A stretch of DNA of 63,005 nt, counting the filler, from Octopus bimaculoides (taxonomy: Eukaryota), in assembly GCF_001194135.2 (NCBI RefSeq). It is 5 parts of 5 records of this genome, joined end to end, with 100 filler letters (N's around TTAATTAATTAA, not from the genome) between each part and the next. Parts side by side here need not be neighbours in the genome. Positions count along the whole stretch, not along the records: positions 23,180 to 40,677 come from NC_068992.1; 4 more parts are not named here. The stretch is one strand, 5' to 3'. The first letter of the stretch is position 1. Each line of letters starts with the position of its first letter. The position numbers and the translations under genes are program-made. Shown one piece after another: positions 25,383 through 39,338 of the stretch. The notes under the pieces were generated by a model. It searched no databases and had not been told where the DNA came from. It saw only the letters and a program-made list of their open reading frames with translations.

Positions 25383-26645
25383 CCTCACAGGAAATCCAGT
25401 GAGGATAAATGAAGTACTGAACGAACAGTTCAAAAGTGTTTTTATTACCCCTTTAGGACGCAAGGAAGTAAACAGACCAGCAGAGTTCTTTACTTCTACA
25501 ACTGTAACCTGGGACGCGCCAGCAATTGATTACATGGAGATTAAAATAATACAGGCCATAGATGAAGCAGACGCAAATTCAGCAGCTAGCCCTGATAGAT
25601 TCCCAACAATTTTTCTCAAATCATGTAAAGGTGTTCTTTTACAAATCATTACAACTTCTTTTTCAGAGCTTCCTTGTAAGTTGTAAACGCCCAGGTAAAT
25701 TAGAAGAGGGAATAATATGCCTTATCCATAAAGGGGGAAGCAATGGTGGTGCGAAATATTAGTCATGGAACAAATAGTCCGAATGAAACTAATTGCGTTC
25801 CTTGAAGAGAATCACTTGCTTACTGACACCCAGCATGGTTTACGACCAATGAGGAGCTACCTGACAAAGCTATTACGTCAGGGTTTTATAGCAGCTGCTC
25901 AACTACTCAAATGTGGATGGCATATATCATGGCTTTGAAAATTCCTTTGATAAAGTTGACCATGGTATGATATGTCACAAGCTGCGTGATTTCAACATAT
26001 TCGGAAGAGTTGGAGGATGGTTACACGACTTTTGAAAAGACAGATGTCAGGTAATGGTGACCAATAAGGCCACCTCTTAAGAAACACAAATAGTTAGTGG
26101 TGTTTCATAGTGCACTGTCTTAGACACACTTCTATTCGTAGTGGTCCTCTCAGATACGCCCTCAGTTATTCAGATAACCACTTTTACTCGTTATGCAGAT
26201 GACATAGCTAGCAAGAGGAGTCAGAACTCTGGGAGTATTGCGCGCCAGCAGCAAGAGTTGGAAGCAATATACAGGTGGGTTTAAAACAATAATATACAGT
26301 TTAATGCTGAAAACTTCTAAGCGACGCGCTACAAGTACTCAAAGCTGAATAGAATTCAAACAGGATACACTGGCTCAAGAAGGATTGCAGTCCCTGAATC
26401 AAAATCGGTGGACATTGGCATGAGTAATGATACATCTTTCCAGGTGAGTATTACTAAATTAGCAATAGAATTCATACGACTGGCCGGATGGATCCTCATA
26501 AGTTTCAGAACGAAAGAATAGAAGTCATGATGGTCCTCTGGAAGACATTTGTCGTCAGGCGCTTAGACTACTGCTCCCAACTATGGACACCACATATGGA
26601 AAAATATGATCAGCGACGATTATCTCAATACCTCATGTCAGCCAC
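25383..26645 (+). mobile_element. CR1-clade LINE ORF2 remnant (reverse transcriptase region), 5' end lost in gap
   Basis: Frameshifted translation gives ...VLNEQFKSVF..., SAASPDRFP, ICLIHKGGS, LLTDTQHG, FDKVDHGMICHKL, YADD at 26192-26203, RLDYCSQLW. Confidence 0.9.
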
Positions 26646-27519
26646 TAGGAAATTCTGAAAATACACACGCACATACACACCAAATATCTGACATCTAGAA
26701 ACTTCTTCCCGCTCGTGTCTTTCCTGCAAGCGTTGACCTGTAACAGCTCAACTAAATGAACCTCAGTGAGAGAACCTGCAATAGCTTTGATTGATCGGAG
26801 ATCTACTTCCAGTCAACCCAAATCATGTGGTTTGCACAACAGAGACCATTTCAACCAATCAGTACACATTCGCTGCTTACGTATATGTTTTTTTTTTCTT
26901 TTGTTTTTTGTTTTTTCTAAATAAGTTGTGCCTCCAAGGAAGTTCAACATCAGATAACTAAAGCTCGGCATAGCGAAAGATGAAAATTAGAACCGAGCGA
27001 GTGATACTCCAGATTCGATTAAACTTTTCCCTATTAATGGTAAATCATTACTACTTTGAAATCTTCTCAGGCTCCTTTTGAATATGTGGCGCTGATAGTG
27101 GTTCACCTATTACCAGGTTTCTAACAATGAATAATATTGTGATGGTATTTCTTGTACGTACTTGTATGCGCTTACATAAATGTGTGCGTGCGTGCGTGTG
27201 GTGTACATATCTGGATGGATGGATGGATAGATGGATAGATTTACGTACATATTTATGTATGTATGTAATGACACTACGATAACGACAAGAATGACAAGAC
27301 AGATTTAAAGATATTAGTTTCACGATGGAGGAAATGGAAATATGTTTTTGACGTGAAACGTTCGCCACGAAATTGGAACAAAAAGAAGGATTCATATTTT
27401 TATTGGATGAAAGAGTGTACATAGAGAGAAAAATCTAAGAACCTACAAAAAGAAATATTCACTTCGAATGAATACATAAACCCTACTGAATAATTTTTAT
27501 GGACTTACCTCACGTTTTC

Positions 27520-27569
<50 letters not shown>

Positions 27570-27579
27570 NNNNNNNNNN

Positions 27580-27630
<51 letters not shown>

Positions 27631-28250
27631 ATATGCGTGTAAGTATGTATCTACATCTAAACACCCACGCAAACACAACATACCCACACGCATGCATACA
27701 CACATAGGCACACACGTTCCGGTATGAACTGAACCGAAATAAAAATTCCATGCTTTTATACTTTCATATTATTTCTATAGAAGAACGCGACTATTCCAAG
27801 TGTATTCCCATAAGTCTGTCTGCCATTCCAATAGAAAACATGCTTGAATACTGGCTTTCGTTAAGGGTCACCTTTTATTATAGATTTGCAATTCTACAAT
27901 TCATTCGCCACATTTGGCCCTATTCCGCTGAGAAGCAACAAAGAGGAATGGAAGAAATAGCGTGGAAGCAGGAAAATCATTTGATAAACACAACACTGTG
28001 AATTGGTATGCATTGGTTTTCAGAGAATTTCAGAGTAAATTTGTCTTCTAAATATACCGAGGAAAGCCATTCACATCGACCCGTGTCCAGTGAAGCAACT
28101 ACGAACCTTCCTTTCAATCTTAACTTGAATTAATCCAACTAATTGAATAAGACCAATTAACATCACTGATTCAGTTAAGCAATTACACACATATAGACAC
28201 ACATACAAAAAACACCTACTCATATACAGACACATATATATATGTATATG

Positions 28251-28286
<36 letters not shown>

Positions 28287-28717
28287 NNNNNNNNNNNNNN
28301 NNNNNNNNNNNNNNNNNNNNNNNNNNNNNNNNNNNNNNNNNNNNNNNNNNNNNNNNNNNNNNNNNNNNNNNNNNNNNNNNATATATATACATATATATAT
28401 ATATGTATATATATATGAGACCATGTATGTGTATAACTATATATATATATATATATAAATGTGTGTGTGCGTGTGTAGGTATGCATATGCACAGATATAT
28501 ATTTATATATGCATGTGCATACATGTACACAACTATATCATAATATTCATGTATTTGTGAGTGTGATACATGTGTAGTGTATGCATATATATTTGTTTGT
28601 ACATGTGTATATGTGCATACGTGCATATATATATGTGTACGTGTATATATGTGTATGCATGTATATATGTTTGCACGTATATATGTATGAACATATCTAT
28701 ATATACATATACATATA

Positions 28718-28804
<87 letters not shown>

Positions 28805-28836
28805 GCATATGTAAGGATGTATGTATGCATGCATGT

Positions 28837-28907
<71 letters not shown>

Positions 28908-29599
28908 TTCTATGTGGACAGATTCGTGTGTGTTTATGTATACTTGCGTATGAAAGCATGCATGGATATGAGAATTGGTGCATGTGCTCATTCATGTATG
29001 TAAATATACTTACATACACACATACACACACACACACATATATATACATACATACACACGCATACACATACATATACACATACATATTTAAACATTGATT
29101 TCCACTTCTGCTTTCGTCACAAGCGGTTTAGTTATCCAATCACATGCGAGTGACATGTCAAAATGAATTAATGTAGAAGCTGCAACCAAAGATATTTGCT
29201 GTGCAACACAGCTCAGCTGCTATGCAACATTGACGGTGCATTACAGTGCAGCTAGATGAAGCAGGTGGGAATACAGTGCAGAAGGCTTTTTAACCAATAT
29301 TGCAGCGATAGTAATGCTGTTTCTTATTGGTTCTTTTGCAACATAGTCTAACTCGATTGAATCAGTTCGTACAGCAGGTGGTGGTGTTGTTTGTTTAGCC
29401 CTAGGTCAGTCCTGCCTGAATAGATCAATGATCAAAGAGGCCTTCCAGCCATAGCTATCACTTATTTTTATATTATCCAACGTAACCTTTCTATTTTTAA
29501 AAGAATAGGAGGTAATTTAAGGGAATTTAATTGCTATTTCTTTTGTTTCGTCGCTTGTACATGCCAGTCTAAATTTTATTAGATATATATTAATATGCC

Positions 29600-30910
29600 G
29601 AAGTTATTTCTAATTAGTGTATTTTTAATACAATTATTTAGTAAGGTTAGAAATGACTGACAGTTATTACTTGTAATTAATTAGGTTAGCTATAATTATG
29701 ATAGTCATTGCTACTAATTAGGTTAGTAATAACTGTGGTAGTTATTACTACTAATTAGCATGGTTAGTAATAACTGTGATAGTTATTATCACTAATTAGT
29801 AAGATTAGCAAAACCTGTAATTGTTATTACTTTTAATTAATTACGTTACCAATAACTGTGATTGTTATTAGATTTAATTCAAAGAGGTAGACTGGCAGAA
29901 TCATTAGCACCCCGGAAAAAAAAGCTTAGCGGCACTTCTTCCGGCTCTACATTCTGAGTTCAAATTCCACCGTGGCTGACTTTGCCTTCCACCTTCTTGG
30001 GATCGATAAAGTAAGTACCAGTCGAGAATTGGAGTCGATTTAATCGCCTATCCCTCTGCCTCAAAATTTAAGGTCTTTTGCTTATAATAGAAATAGTTAT
30101 ATCTAATTTGCGCGGTTAGCAATAACTATTATATCTACATCTAATTAATCCCCATAATTAGCCATCGTCTTATTGAGTACCCTGGTCTAAATTATAGTGA
30201 ACGATTGCCAATTATGTTCTAATTATAGTTCATTATTGTATATTATCGTAGTTTAATTAGATATTCATAGTCGAACGGTATAACGACTAATTAGCCAGTA
30301 ACCACTTCTGGTCACTTTGGTTTGAGTACATAGCGTAGTCGAACAGTATGTTGTAAATATACAGCACAGTCTGTTTACTTAAGACAACTAAGAATAGCTT
30401 GTTTATCATGACCTAGTTAGAGGGTCTCGTGTAATTAGATAATCTGGTCTAATTATCGGGCCAGATCAAATTAGGAAACTTGGTAAGTAGGGCACCTGAC
30501 CTAATTAGAGAATTATGTGTCATTAACTGATCTTATCTAATCAGTGTGACCAGTATACTATTATAAAATAATCTAATTTAATTAAAGATCTATGTCTCAA
30601 GAGACATAGTCAACATCCTGGTGGAATTAGAGAATATTATCTAATTAGAAATTCCAGTATAATTAAAGACAATAATCTAATTTGAAAACTAGGTCTAAAT
30701 GAGGTGCTAAGTCTAGCCGGAGATCCTGCTCTACTCAAAAAGCCTAACCTGTCTAGAAGCATATCTTGAGTTACTTTTGTAATTACATAACAATCTAATA
30801 AGATAACAATTATTGAGTATATTTAGTATATTCTATCTTAATAGTAGGGTGTAGACTATGTGAATAATATGGTCTAATTGACTATAGATAAATTGAATGC
30901 TATGTTCTAA
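29600..30910. repeat. TAATTA-rich degenerate ~40-bp repeat region interrupted by a SINE
   Basis: Units such as CTAATTAGGTTAGTAATAACTGTGGTAGTTATTACTA at 29640-29875; about 20 TAATTA hexamers across the interval. Confidence 0.7.
29883..30095 (+). mobile_element. tRNA-derived SINE (GGCGGCGAGCTGGCAG family)
   Basis: CTGGCAGAATCATTAGCAC head, GAGTTCAAATTCC B-box, GACTTTGCCTT...GATAAAGTAAGTACCAGT core. Confidence 0.85.
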
Positions 30911-31518
30911 CTGTACTATGGAGCATGACTATGTAATATTTTATACTTAGATGAATTTCTAGAACCTTCAATCGAAGCTATCGCCACACTCTGTATAGTT
31001 TTCAATAAAGTCAAACTTATCAGTAAATAGCTAGAAGACTACACCGCCATTTAATGCGTCCCTTACATTTGCAGATCATATAAAGGAAGCCTGAAAGTTC
31101 CCCTAAAGGTCGGAATAGATCAATATTGGAAAGCCATAATCAGAGGAGAAATATGTAAGTCATGAATGGCGGAACAAATATGCTGAGAGAAAGGAAATTA
31201 TGAAATGTTCTGGAATGAAAATGTCCATAATTAATAGAGAAAATTAGAAAATCAAACAAGCTGTAGATATAAAACTAGTTCATGAAAGACAATAAGGGAA
31301 CCTTTCTAGAGTAGTTCGGCTGGCTAGAAATAGCAACCAATCTCACTCAAATCACGACATGCTCGTCTTGAAAAAAGAGACAAATATAATATGATCCTGT
31401 ATGCTGCGAGAAAACGACAGAATAGTCATTGCCGTGTGCCTTTAACCATAGATTTGTAGAATCAAGGTTGACATGAGTTAAACACCAACATATGTATATA
31501 TATATATATATATATATA

Positions 31519-32095
31519 CAGGGGTTGGACAAAATAATGGAAACAATGCCAGATCTTTCATCTACAAAGATTGTAAGGAGCTAGTGACTGTAGATAGAAG
31601 CGTGTCACTAGTGTCAAAGCATAAAAAGCATTCTAAACGGTGTGAAATCATCAGAACACCTGAATTTATCCAGCAAGTTCAACGGATCATTAATTACAAT
31701 CCCAGAAAGTACATGAGGTCAATTGCAGAAGGAACAGTCAGAAATTTTGTCCACGAAGACATCAGATATAAGTCTTATATAATGAGGAAAGGTCAATTCG
31801 TGAGAAAAAGCAAAAAAACATCACTACATCAGATCTAAAAGGGTCTTAAACAAACTGAAAAATCCAGCAGAAGAAGATTTTATTTGGTTTTTCTCGAACG
31901 AGAACAACTTCAACCAATATCAAAAAGTTAACAGAAATGACAGATATTTATCTTCGCCCTCTTCTGAAGTTCTGAGTGTTACGCATACAAAATTTCCTGC
32001 AATTGTCATGTTTTTTAGGGGTGGCCAGCAATGAAGGACACGTGATACCACCTTCTTTCCACAAGGCCTTAGAGTTAACTTTGCTGCCTACATGT
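31519..32095 (+). mobile_element. Tc1/mariner-superfamily transposon fossil (DD37D/maT-like), deleted
   Basis: TA + CAGGGGTTGGACAAAATAATGGAAACA terminal sequence; translation IRTPEFIQQVQ...HEDIRYKSYIMRKGQF...FSNENNFNQ...HTKFPAIVM. Confidence 0.75.
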
Positions 32096-32731
32096 AGAAA
32101 AGTTGTTTTTTTAAATCCTCATAGCATTTTGTGATAGTTAACTGTTATTACATATTTGTTTTTTTTTATAGACATAAATATTTCCTCAAATATCTTACGT
32201 GCCCTGTATGTATGTGTGTGTGTGTGTGTGTGTGTGCGTGTGCGTGTGTGTGCGCGTGTGTGTGTGTGTGTAATGAAATTTTCTCGTACCAGCGAATGCA
32301 AGATTGTGTGTGATCGTTACCAGATTCTAATAATCCTACGTGGCTGACAATAATTAGTCTTTGGTGAGGTAAACCAGCCTTGATTTGCGCACCAGGGAGA
32401 AAAGTGGAGTTTGATACTTCAACATAGATATGGTGAAAGACATATTGAAAATTAATTGCAGCATAAGGAGGATGTTTTCAGCTGCATCCACTTCACAATG
32501 GTGGCTGCAGATGCAAAAATATGAATAAACAAAGAAAATATTAATTATACAAATGCTAATTTGTGTTTCCGTTGTTTGTGTTTGTTCTTACTTTCTTCAT
32601 CTATGTTTTGCTTTGTTTTTTGTTTTTCTTTTCTTTCTTTTATCTGTATTTCATTGCTATTTAGATTTTGTGAAGCGGTCGCAATTTCTTGAGATCGTGA
32701 GCCTTTTACCCCCTGCATCACGTTATTAATA

Positions 32732-33660
32732 TTAGGTTGTCAAGTATAAAATTTAGAGTAAGGTATATGGTAAAATTTGACAGCTGCTCATTTTGCGCCA
32801 TTATCATATTTTGACAACTTTTATTTTTTGTTAGGAAGCTGACACATCTATTTCTTTATTCTAACTCATTTTGCGCTTTATAAAGTATTTATAAATCGGT
32901 TTTTGCTATTTTGGTTTAGAGATGGAGAAGTCGGAAATTCGTCCAGTTTTGAAATATGAGTTCTTTCTTGAAAATACAGCATTACAGACAGCTTGGAATA
33001 TTAATGAAGTATTTCATCCTAATGTTAGTAAACAGCAGACAGTATCAAATTGATTTGCAAAATTTCATTCTGGTAACTTTGACTTCACAAATGAGCAACG
33101 CGGTCGACCAGAAACAAAGGTGGATAATGACGAACTGAAAGCCATCGTCGAGTCAGATCCATCTCAAAGTGCCCGTGAGTTATCGGTGTTGTTTGATGTT
33201 AGTAAGCAAATAACATTGACTCAAATCGGTAAAGTGAGAAAGTTGGATAAGTGTGTTCCACATGAAATCAGTGAAAATCAGAAACAGCAACATTTGGGAG
33301 CCTGCATTCTGCTACTTTCTCGTCACATAAATGAATCATTTTTTAATCGAATTGTTACATGTGATGAGAAATGGATTCAATACAACAACCGTAAACGTTC
33401 AACACAATGGTTGGACAAAGTCGAGCCATTTAAACACAGTCCAAAACGCAAAATTCATCAAAAGAAGCTGATGGTGTGTGTTTGGTGGTCTGGCTGGCGC
33501 AGGTGTGATCCATTATGGTTTCATTAAACCTGGCTCATCAATCACGGCTGAAGTATGCTGCAGCCAACTGGACCAAACGATGCAGAAACTTACAAAAAGC
33601 AGTCTAGATTAGTCGACAAATCCACTCCTATTTAATTGCAAGGCAACGCCAGACCACACA
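32732..33660 (+). mobile_element. Mariner transposon fossil (5' TIR plus disrupted transposase, ATG at 32922)
   Basis: TA|TTAGGTTGTC TIR; MEKSEIRPVLKYEF...GRP...DNDELKAIVESDPSQSARELS...KLDKCVPHE...RIVTCDEKWIQYNN...HQKKLMVCVWW; in-frame TGA at 33051 replaces the conserved Trp; 3' part truncated by a SINE fragment. Confidence 0.92.
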
Positions 33661-33748
33661 TAAATTAAGTACCAGTTGCATACTGAGGTTGATCTTAGTG
33701 ACTGGCCCCCTCCCCCAAATTTCGGGCCTTGTGTCGAGAGGAGAAAAT
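33660..33748 (+). mobile_element. SINE 3' fragment
   Basis: TAAATTAAGTACCAGTTGCATACTGAGGTTGAT...CCCCCTCCCCCAAATTTCGGGCCTTGTG matches the family tail. Confidence 0.75.
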
Positions 33749-34258
33749 ATCATTTACTGTCATCATCATCATCATCATCATCATCGTCAGTAACAACAGC
33801 AGTAGTAGCAACATCTCTGCCATAAACAGTTTTGTTTCATCAACAATGCCAATGTTATCCTCTTCATCGGTTTCGTCGTCATCATCATCGACAGCGGCGG
33901 CGACGACGGCGGCGGCAACGTCTTCGCCGTCGTCAGCATCATCATTATCATGATCATCATCACCACTACCACCACCATCTTCTACTTCGTATTCTATTAT
34001 TGTTTGACTAGCAAAAAAGAACATCATATATTTTCTGTGTGAGCGCGTCTGTGTGTGCGCGCGTCTGTGTGTGCACGCGTCTGTGTGTGTGTGTGTGCGC
34101 GCGTGTGTGCGTGTGTGTGTGTGTACGCGCGTGTGTGTGTGTGTGTGTGTGTTTGAATGTGTTTTGTGAGCCGGGATGTTTACATGAATTCGTGTGTGTG
34201 TATATGTGTGTGTATGTATGTATATGTATGTTTATGTATGTGTATGTGTGTTTATGTC

Positions 34259-34294
<36 letters not shown>

Positions 34295-35161
34295 AAAGAC
34301 AGTTTCTTAATGAAGAGACAAAGGCAGCTTTATTAATAAATAATATTCTCAACTCCATTGTGGCTGTGTTTACATTTCATCAATAAGTATGTCACGTCTA
34401 ACTTTTTACTGATAAGTTCAGCACACATCTACTACCGCACAAACACACTGCCACAATACTACTATACTACATCGTCACATACCGCACTATACTACATTAC
34501 CGTACTACCACAGTAACACTTGGTCATTTACTACCACGCTATGTCATTATCATACGAGCACACTGACATTGTCGTAATAGTACATCTATACCACGTTAAC
34601 TTATCATACTGTAATACACTAACCCCCTACAGCTAATATTCTATCAGACTATACTATGCTACCACGCTAACACGCTATAAACCACTATACAACCACCACA
34701 CTGCTGCTACACAACCATAGTACCACATGACTACACTTCGACGATGCCTCCACACTTCCACACTCACAGTCTATCACCCAATCAAATATCCATCCGAAGA
34801 TATTACTACTCAATAATATAATCATACTACAACTACCACTCCACAAACTCACCACCACAACACAACATCTCATGGTTCCATCCGGGAATATATTTTCACG
34901 AGTCAAATAAGTCGCCTTTACTTCGTCACTTGACTTACACGAAATTGTTGATAAATCTCTGTCGATCCACACGCAAATGCCCTTTTAATGGAAGGACGGC
35001 ACTAAATAGTGTATATACTATAGCAGAAACTATTGGAACGTTGGTCGGTTGATGGAAAGCCAGCATACAGAACAAACACAGAACCAGAAAAATTATCGAG
35101 AGTCAATAACTGTCAGAAAACAAGAACAACAAAAATGTAGAAAGATACGACCACACACACA

Positions 35162-35217
<56 letters not shown>

Positions 35218-35611
35218 CGCACATGCCCATTCACACACAAAAAACACGCACCAAACACACGCATACACACACACATAGAAATACAAAGAAATACAGACAA
35301 GATAGAGCACCAAATCTCTACTTAACTTAGATAACGACAAAATGACCACAGAAAACCGGAAGTAAAGNNNNNNNNNNCACACACACACACATATATATAC
35401 GCACATGCCCATTCACACACAAAAAACACGCACCAAACACACGCATACACACACACATAGAAATACAAAGAAATACAGACAAGATAGAGCACCAAATCTC
35501 TACTTAACTTAGATAACGACAAAATGACCACAGAAAACCGGAAGTAAAGCCATTTTTATACGAAAGCGTTACAATACTAATAGTGTTCTGGCTACACACT
35601 TTTTTCCTTTT

Positions 35612-35818
35612 CTAATATAGGCATAATGTCTGAAGTTGGTGAGGGAGGGGGCAAGTCGATTTAACTGACACAGGTGTTCCATTGCCACTTATCTTATTGA
35701 CCCCCAAAAGATGAAAGACAAAGTTGACCTCCGTGGGTTTGAACTGAGAACGTAAAGAGCCAGAGGCTATGCCACTAACCATTTTGTGCAATGCAATAAC
35801 GTTTCTTTCAGTTCGCCG
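35612..35818 (-). mobile_element. tRNA-derived SINE, degenerate
   Basis: Reverse-complement core ACTTATCTTATTGACCCCC...GACAAAGTTGACCTCC...TTTGAACTGAGAACGTA. Confidence 0.7.
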
Positions 35819-36079
35819 ACTTTAATCTGGTTTAAACACTTTACTACAGCATTAAAAATAAAACGAGTGAAATAGTATGTGGTCGTACAACGTTCTAAAA
35901 AGTGACAAACATACCTCAGTCAAATCAGACCCAACAATCTGGAAAAAGGGGATGGGCATAATAGTTAATGCCATTTTAGATACAACTAAAGAAAACACCA
36001 GATAATCGAGGCTAGAACGATCCACTTGAGCTATGCGTAAACAACAACAAACAACCTAGATAAATTAGTCATGGATATA

Positions 36080-36845
36080 CGAGGGTCGACTATAAAGTTC
36101 ATAGGCTGCTCAAATACTCTCATGGCATGTAACCAAATGAGGCTTATTTTTCAACATAGTTTCACTTGCAGTCTACACGCTTCTTAATCGGTGTTGTACC
36201 CATTGGTGAAGAACTTGTCATCCTGTTGGTCAAAAAAATCCTCAACATCAGATATGACGTCATCATCATTGCGATACTGGTTCCCAGCCAACTATTTTTT
36301 CATGGTAAGCAACAGATGATAGTCAGATGAAGACAAATCAGGAGAATAGGGAGAGTGATCAACCGGTTCAAAGCCACATTCACGCACAGCAGCCATTGAA
36401 TCCAAGGTCTTGTGTGTTGGAGCATTGTCCTGATGAAACAAAATTTATTTCCTTAGTTTTTCCTTGGCGTTCGTTCTTGATAATGTTTTGTAACTGCCAC
36501 AGGAAGTTGGCATAGCACTCTCCATTGATGGTGAAGCCATTTTGAAGATAATCAATAAGCACAATGCCGTTTGCATTCCAAAAAGCTGAGGTCATCACCT
36601 TCCCTGCAGATGAAACTACCTAGACTTTTGGAGCAGGTGAGGAGAGGCGTTTCCACTGCATGCATTGTCTCTTTGTCTCTGGCTCAAAATGTTGAATCCA
36701 ACAATCATCCTAGCTTAGGAAACGTTCAAGGAAGCCAACTGGATCTGCCTAAAACAACGTCCTGGCCGTTGATAGTAGATCTATTTGCCCGTTCAGCATT
36801 TAGTGATATTCTCTACCGAATCAATAAGTTCACTTACCGAAATAG
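36080..36845 (-). mobile_element. Mariner transposon fossil (catalytic C-terminus plus 3' TIR)
   Basis: Minus-strand translation MTSAFWNANGIVLIDYLQNGFTINGECYANFL...FHQDNAP...SPDLSSSDYHL; terminal TA|CGAGGGTCGACTATAAAGTTC at 36078-36100. Confidence 0.88.
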
Positions 36846-37944
36846 TTCACAAGCACCATGCTGCATTCCTTGATTTCAACGTAGGCTGGATCGGGTTGTT
36901 ACATGTTATTTAACTCCTATTTAAATCCCTGATAGGTGCTATTACTCCGGATCAGACCTGGGAACAATAATGGCTAAAGGATGGTTCCATACTTCTCAAA
37001 ACCCAGGAATTCTAGAACCAGGGCCTCGTTACTGGATACAGTTTAAATTCGTACCCAGAACATAGCAAGACACCTAATTGAACATTTAAAACCCTGGACG
37101 GACCATATCACTAACGTGGAGGCTTCATAGCATACGTAAATTCATTCATTCAATACTTAGAGATCATGCGATGTGGTATGTATTTTACTGCTGAAAGCAG
37201 CAGTCGTTCAATGAAATTTCTGATTGACTACGTTACTGAGTTTCATTTCTCTAATTTGAAGACTCACCAGTGATAATTCAGCGACCTATCCAAAGAGGCA
37301 CCTTACCCGCTTCCTCTTAAAGCCTTGCAATCAGGGAATAAACCGCGACCAACGATCATAATAGATTTCTGTTCGTCAATGAATTGATATAATTTAACTA
37401 TATCATGTTGCTTCTTTAACTGAAAATCGGTGAATATATTCTTCGTATTTTATCATCACCTGATAAAATAATACCTGTAATATATGTGGATTGATTCACT
37501 CAACTAATACACTTTTTGTTCAACTTTCTGGCCTTTTGCTATTAAACCATTTTGATGTTAGTTCCACAATATTTTTTTGTTTTCTCCCTCTCTCTCTGCT
37601 TCTCTCTCTCCCCCCTCTCTCTCTCTCTCTCACTCTCTCTTCTGCCCTCTCGAGTTAAGTGGGTGTGAGTTTATTACGTAAATTTCTCAATAAATTTCAG
37701 ATTATAACTTTGATTCCGAACAATAAAGCGATAATCCTCGATAAAATATGTCTAGATCGATATTTCGACTACAACAATCGTCTGTTCCAATATTCATATC
37801 AATTTCATTTAGAGATCTTATTCGTGTTTATGCTTTAGTGCTACGCATACGCATATATATANNNNNNNNNNNNNNNNNNNNNNNNNATATATATACATAT
37901 ATATATATATATACACATACATATATATATATATTATATATATA

Positions 37945-37988
<44 letters not shown>

Positions 37989-38368
37989 GTATATGATTTT
38001 TTCCCCTCATATTTTGTTGGTCTCCTTCCCACTCTGATCTCTTTTAGAGTTCCTTGTAAACAGGAATACAGTCAAATAATGTTCTCTCACGTAGTTAACA
38101 CCGATATTAGCATTCTACAAGACATCGGCTTCTCTTGCGCGTGATTTTTAATCCCGTTACAGTCATTGGTCTTAACGATCTTTTATTTTCATTGCTTTTC
38201 TTGTTTGTTTGTTTGTTTGTTTTTAGTTTGTTTTTTTTTTACTTCTCTTTCATTCTGCCTCCACTCTATTCCAATCCATTGCCCTATCAAATCCCACTCT
38301 ATTCAGAAAGTGGGGTAAAGAGAGGAAGAGAAGAGAAGAAAGAAAGAAATATAGAAAGAAGGAAATAT

Positions 38369-38427
<59 letters not shown>

Positions 38428-38600
38428 AAGAATGTAGAACGAGTTAGATACAACGATGAAGAGACAAGAGAGAGACTGAGAGACAGAGAAACACAGAAAG
38501 AGAGAAAAGCAGAGACAATGGTATGAGTGTTGTAGATAGAGAGTTCGTCAGAGACAGAGTGAGTTTATGAGAGAAATGGAGAGAGAAACTATCAGCGATG

Positions 38601-38634
<34 letters not shown>

Positions 38635-39125
38635 GCGTGTGTGTATGTATGTATTTGTGTATTTATGTATGTGTGTGTGTGTGTGTGTGTGTGCGTGTGT
38701 GTGTGCGTGTGTGGAAGACAGATAGACTTTATCAGGGGGAGGGGAAGACTGGTTAGAGAGTACTGCACACAGACCTTACTTATTCATATTTATGCATAGG
38801 TAGAGACACAAACACGTACATCCACACATTTACACATGGACACACATACACAATCACCACACACTCACACACACAAACACACACATACGCACATACACAC
38901 ATACGCTCACAAATTTATTCTTCACGTTTCGTTCTTTCGAATAGGCTAATTAGTCTGACCTCATTAAATGTTGTGTCGTTTATCTTTGACAGTCAATGTT
39001 GAGTTTTATCGTTAATCCAACAACGACATCATAAATATGTCATATATCATCGTCGTAGTTCTACGTGTTGTGGTTTCGATATTGTGATTAACCACGGTCA
39101 GCAGGCCAAGATCACTTTCTTCTCC

Positions 39126-39181
<56 letters not shown>

Positions 39182-39307
39182 NNNNNNNNNNNNNNNNNNN
39201 NNNNNNNNNNNNNNNNNNNNNNNNNNNNNNNNNNNNNNNNNNNNNNNNNNNNNNNNNNNNNNNNNNNNNNNNNNNNNNNNNNNNNNNNNNNNNNNNNNNN
39301 NTATCTC

Positions 39308-39338
<31 letters not shown>

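Noticed and set aside
35200-35549. Perfect ~170-bp direct duplication on either side of a 10-N gap
   Set aside because: Identical copies flanking a minimal gap are the signature of unmerged contig overlap
36930-37075. Possible decayed LINE 3' end, and recurring repeat fragments at 29380-29545 and 31320-31490
   Set aside because: They look like old interspersed repeats but are too diverged to classify from sequence alone
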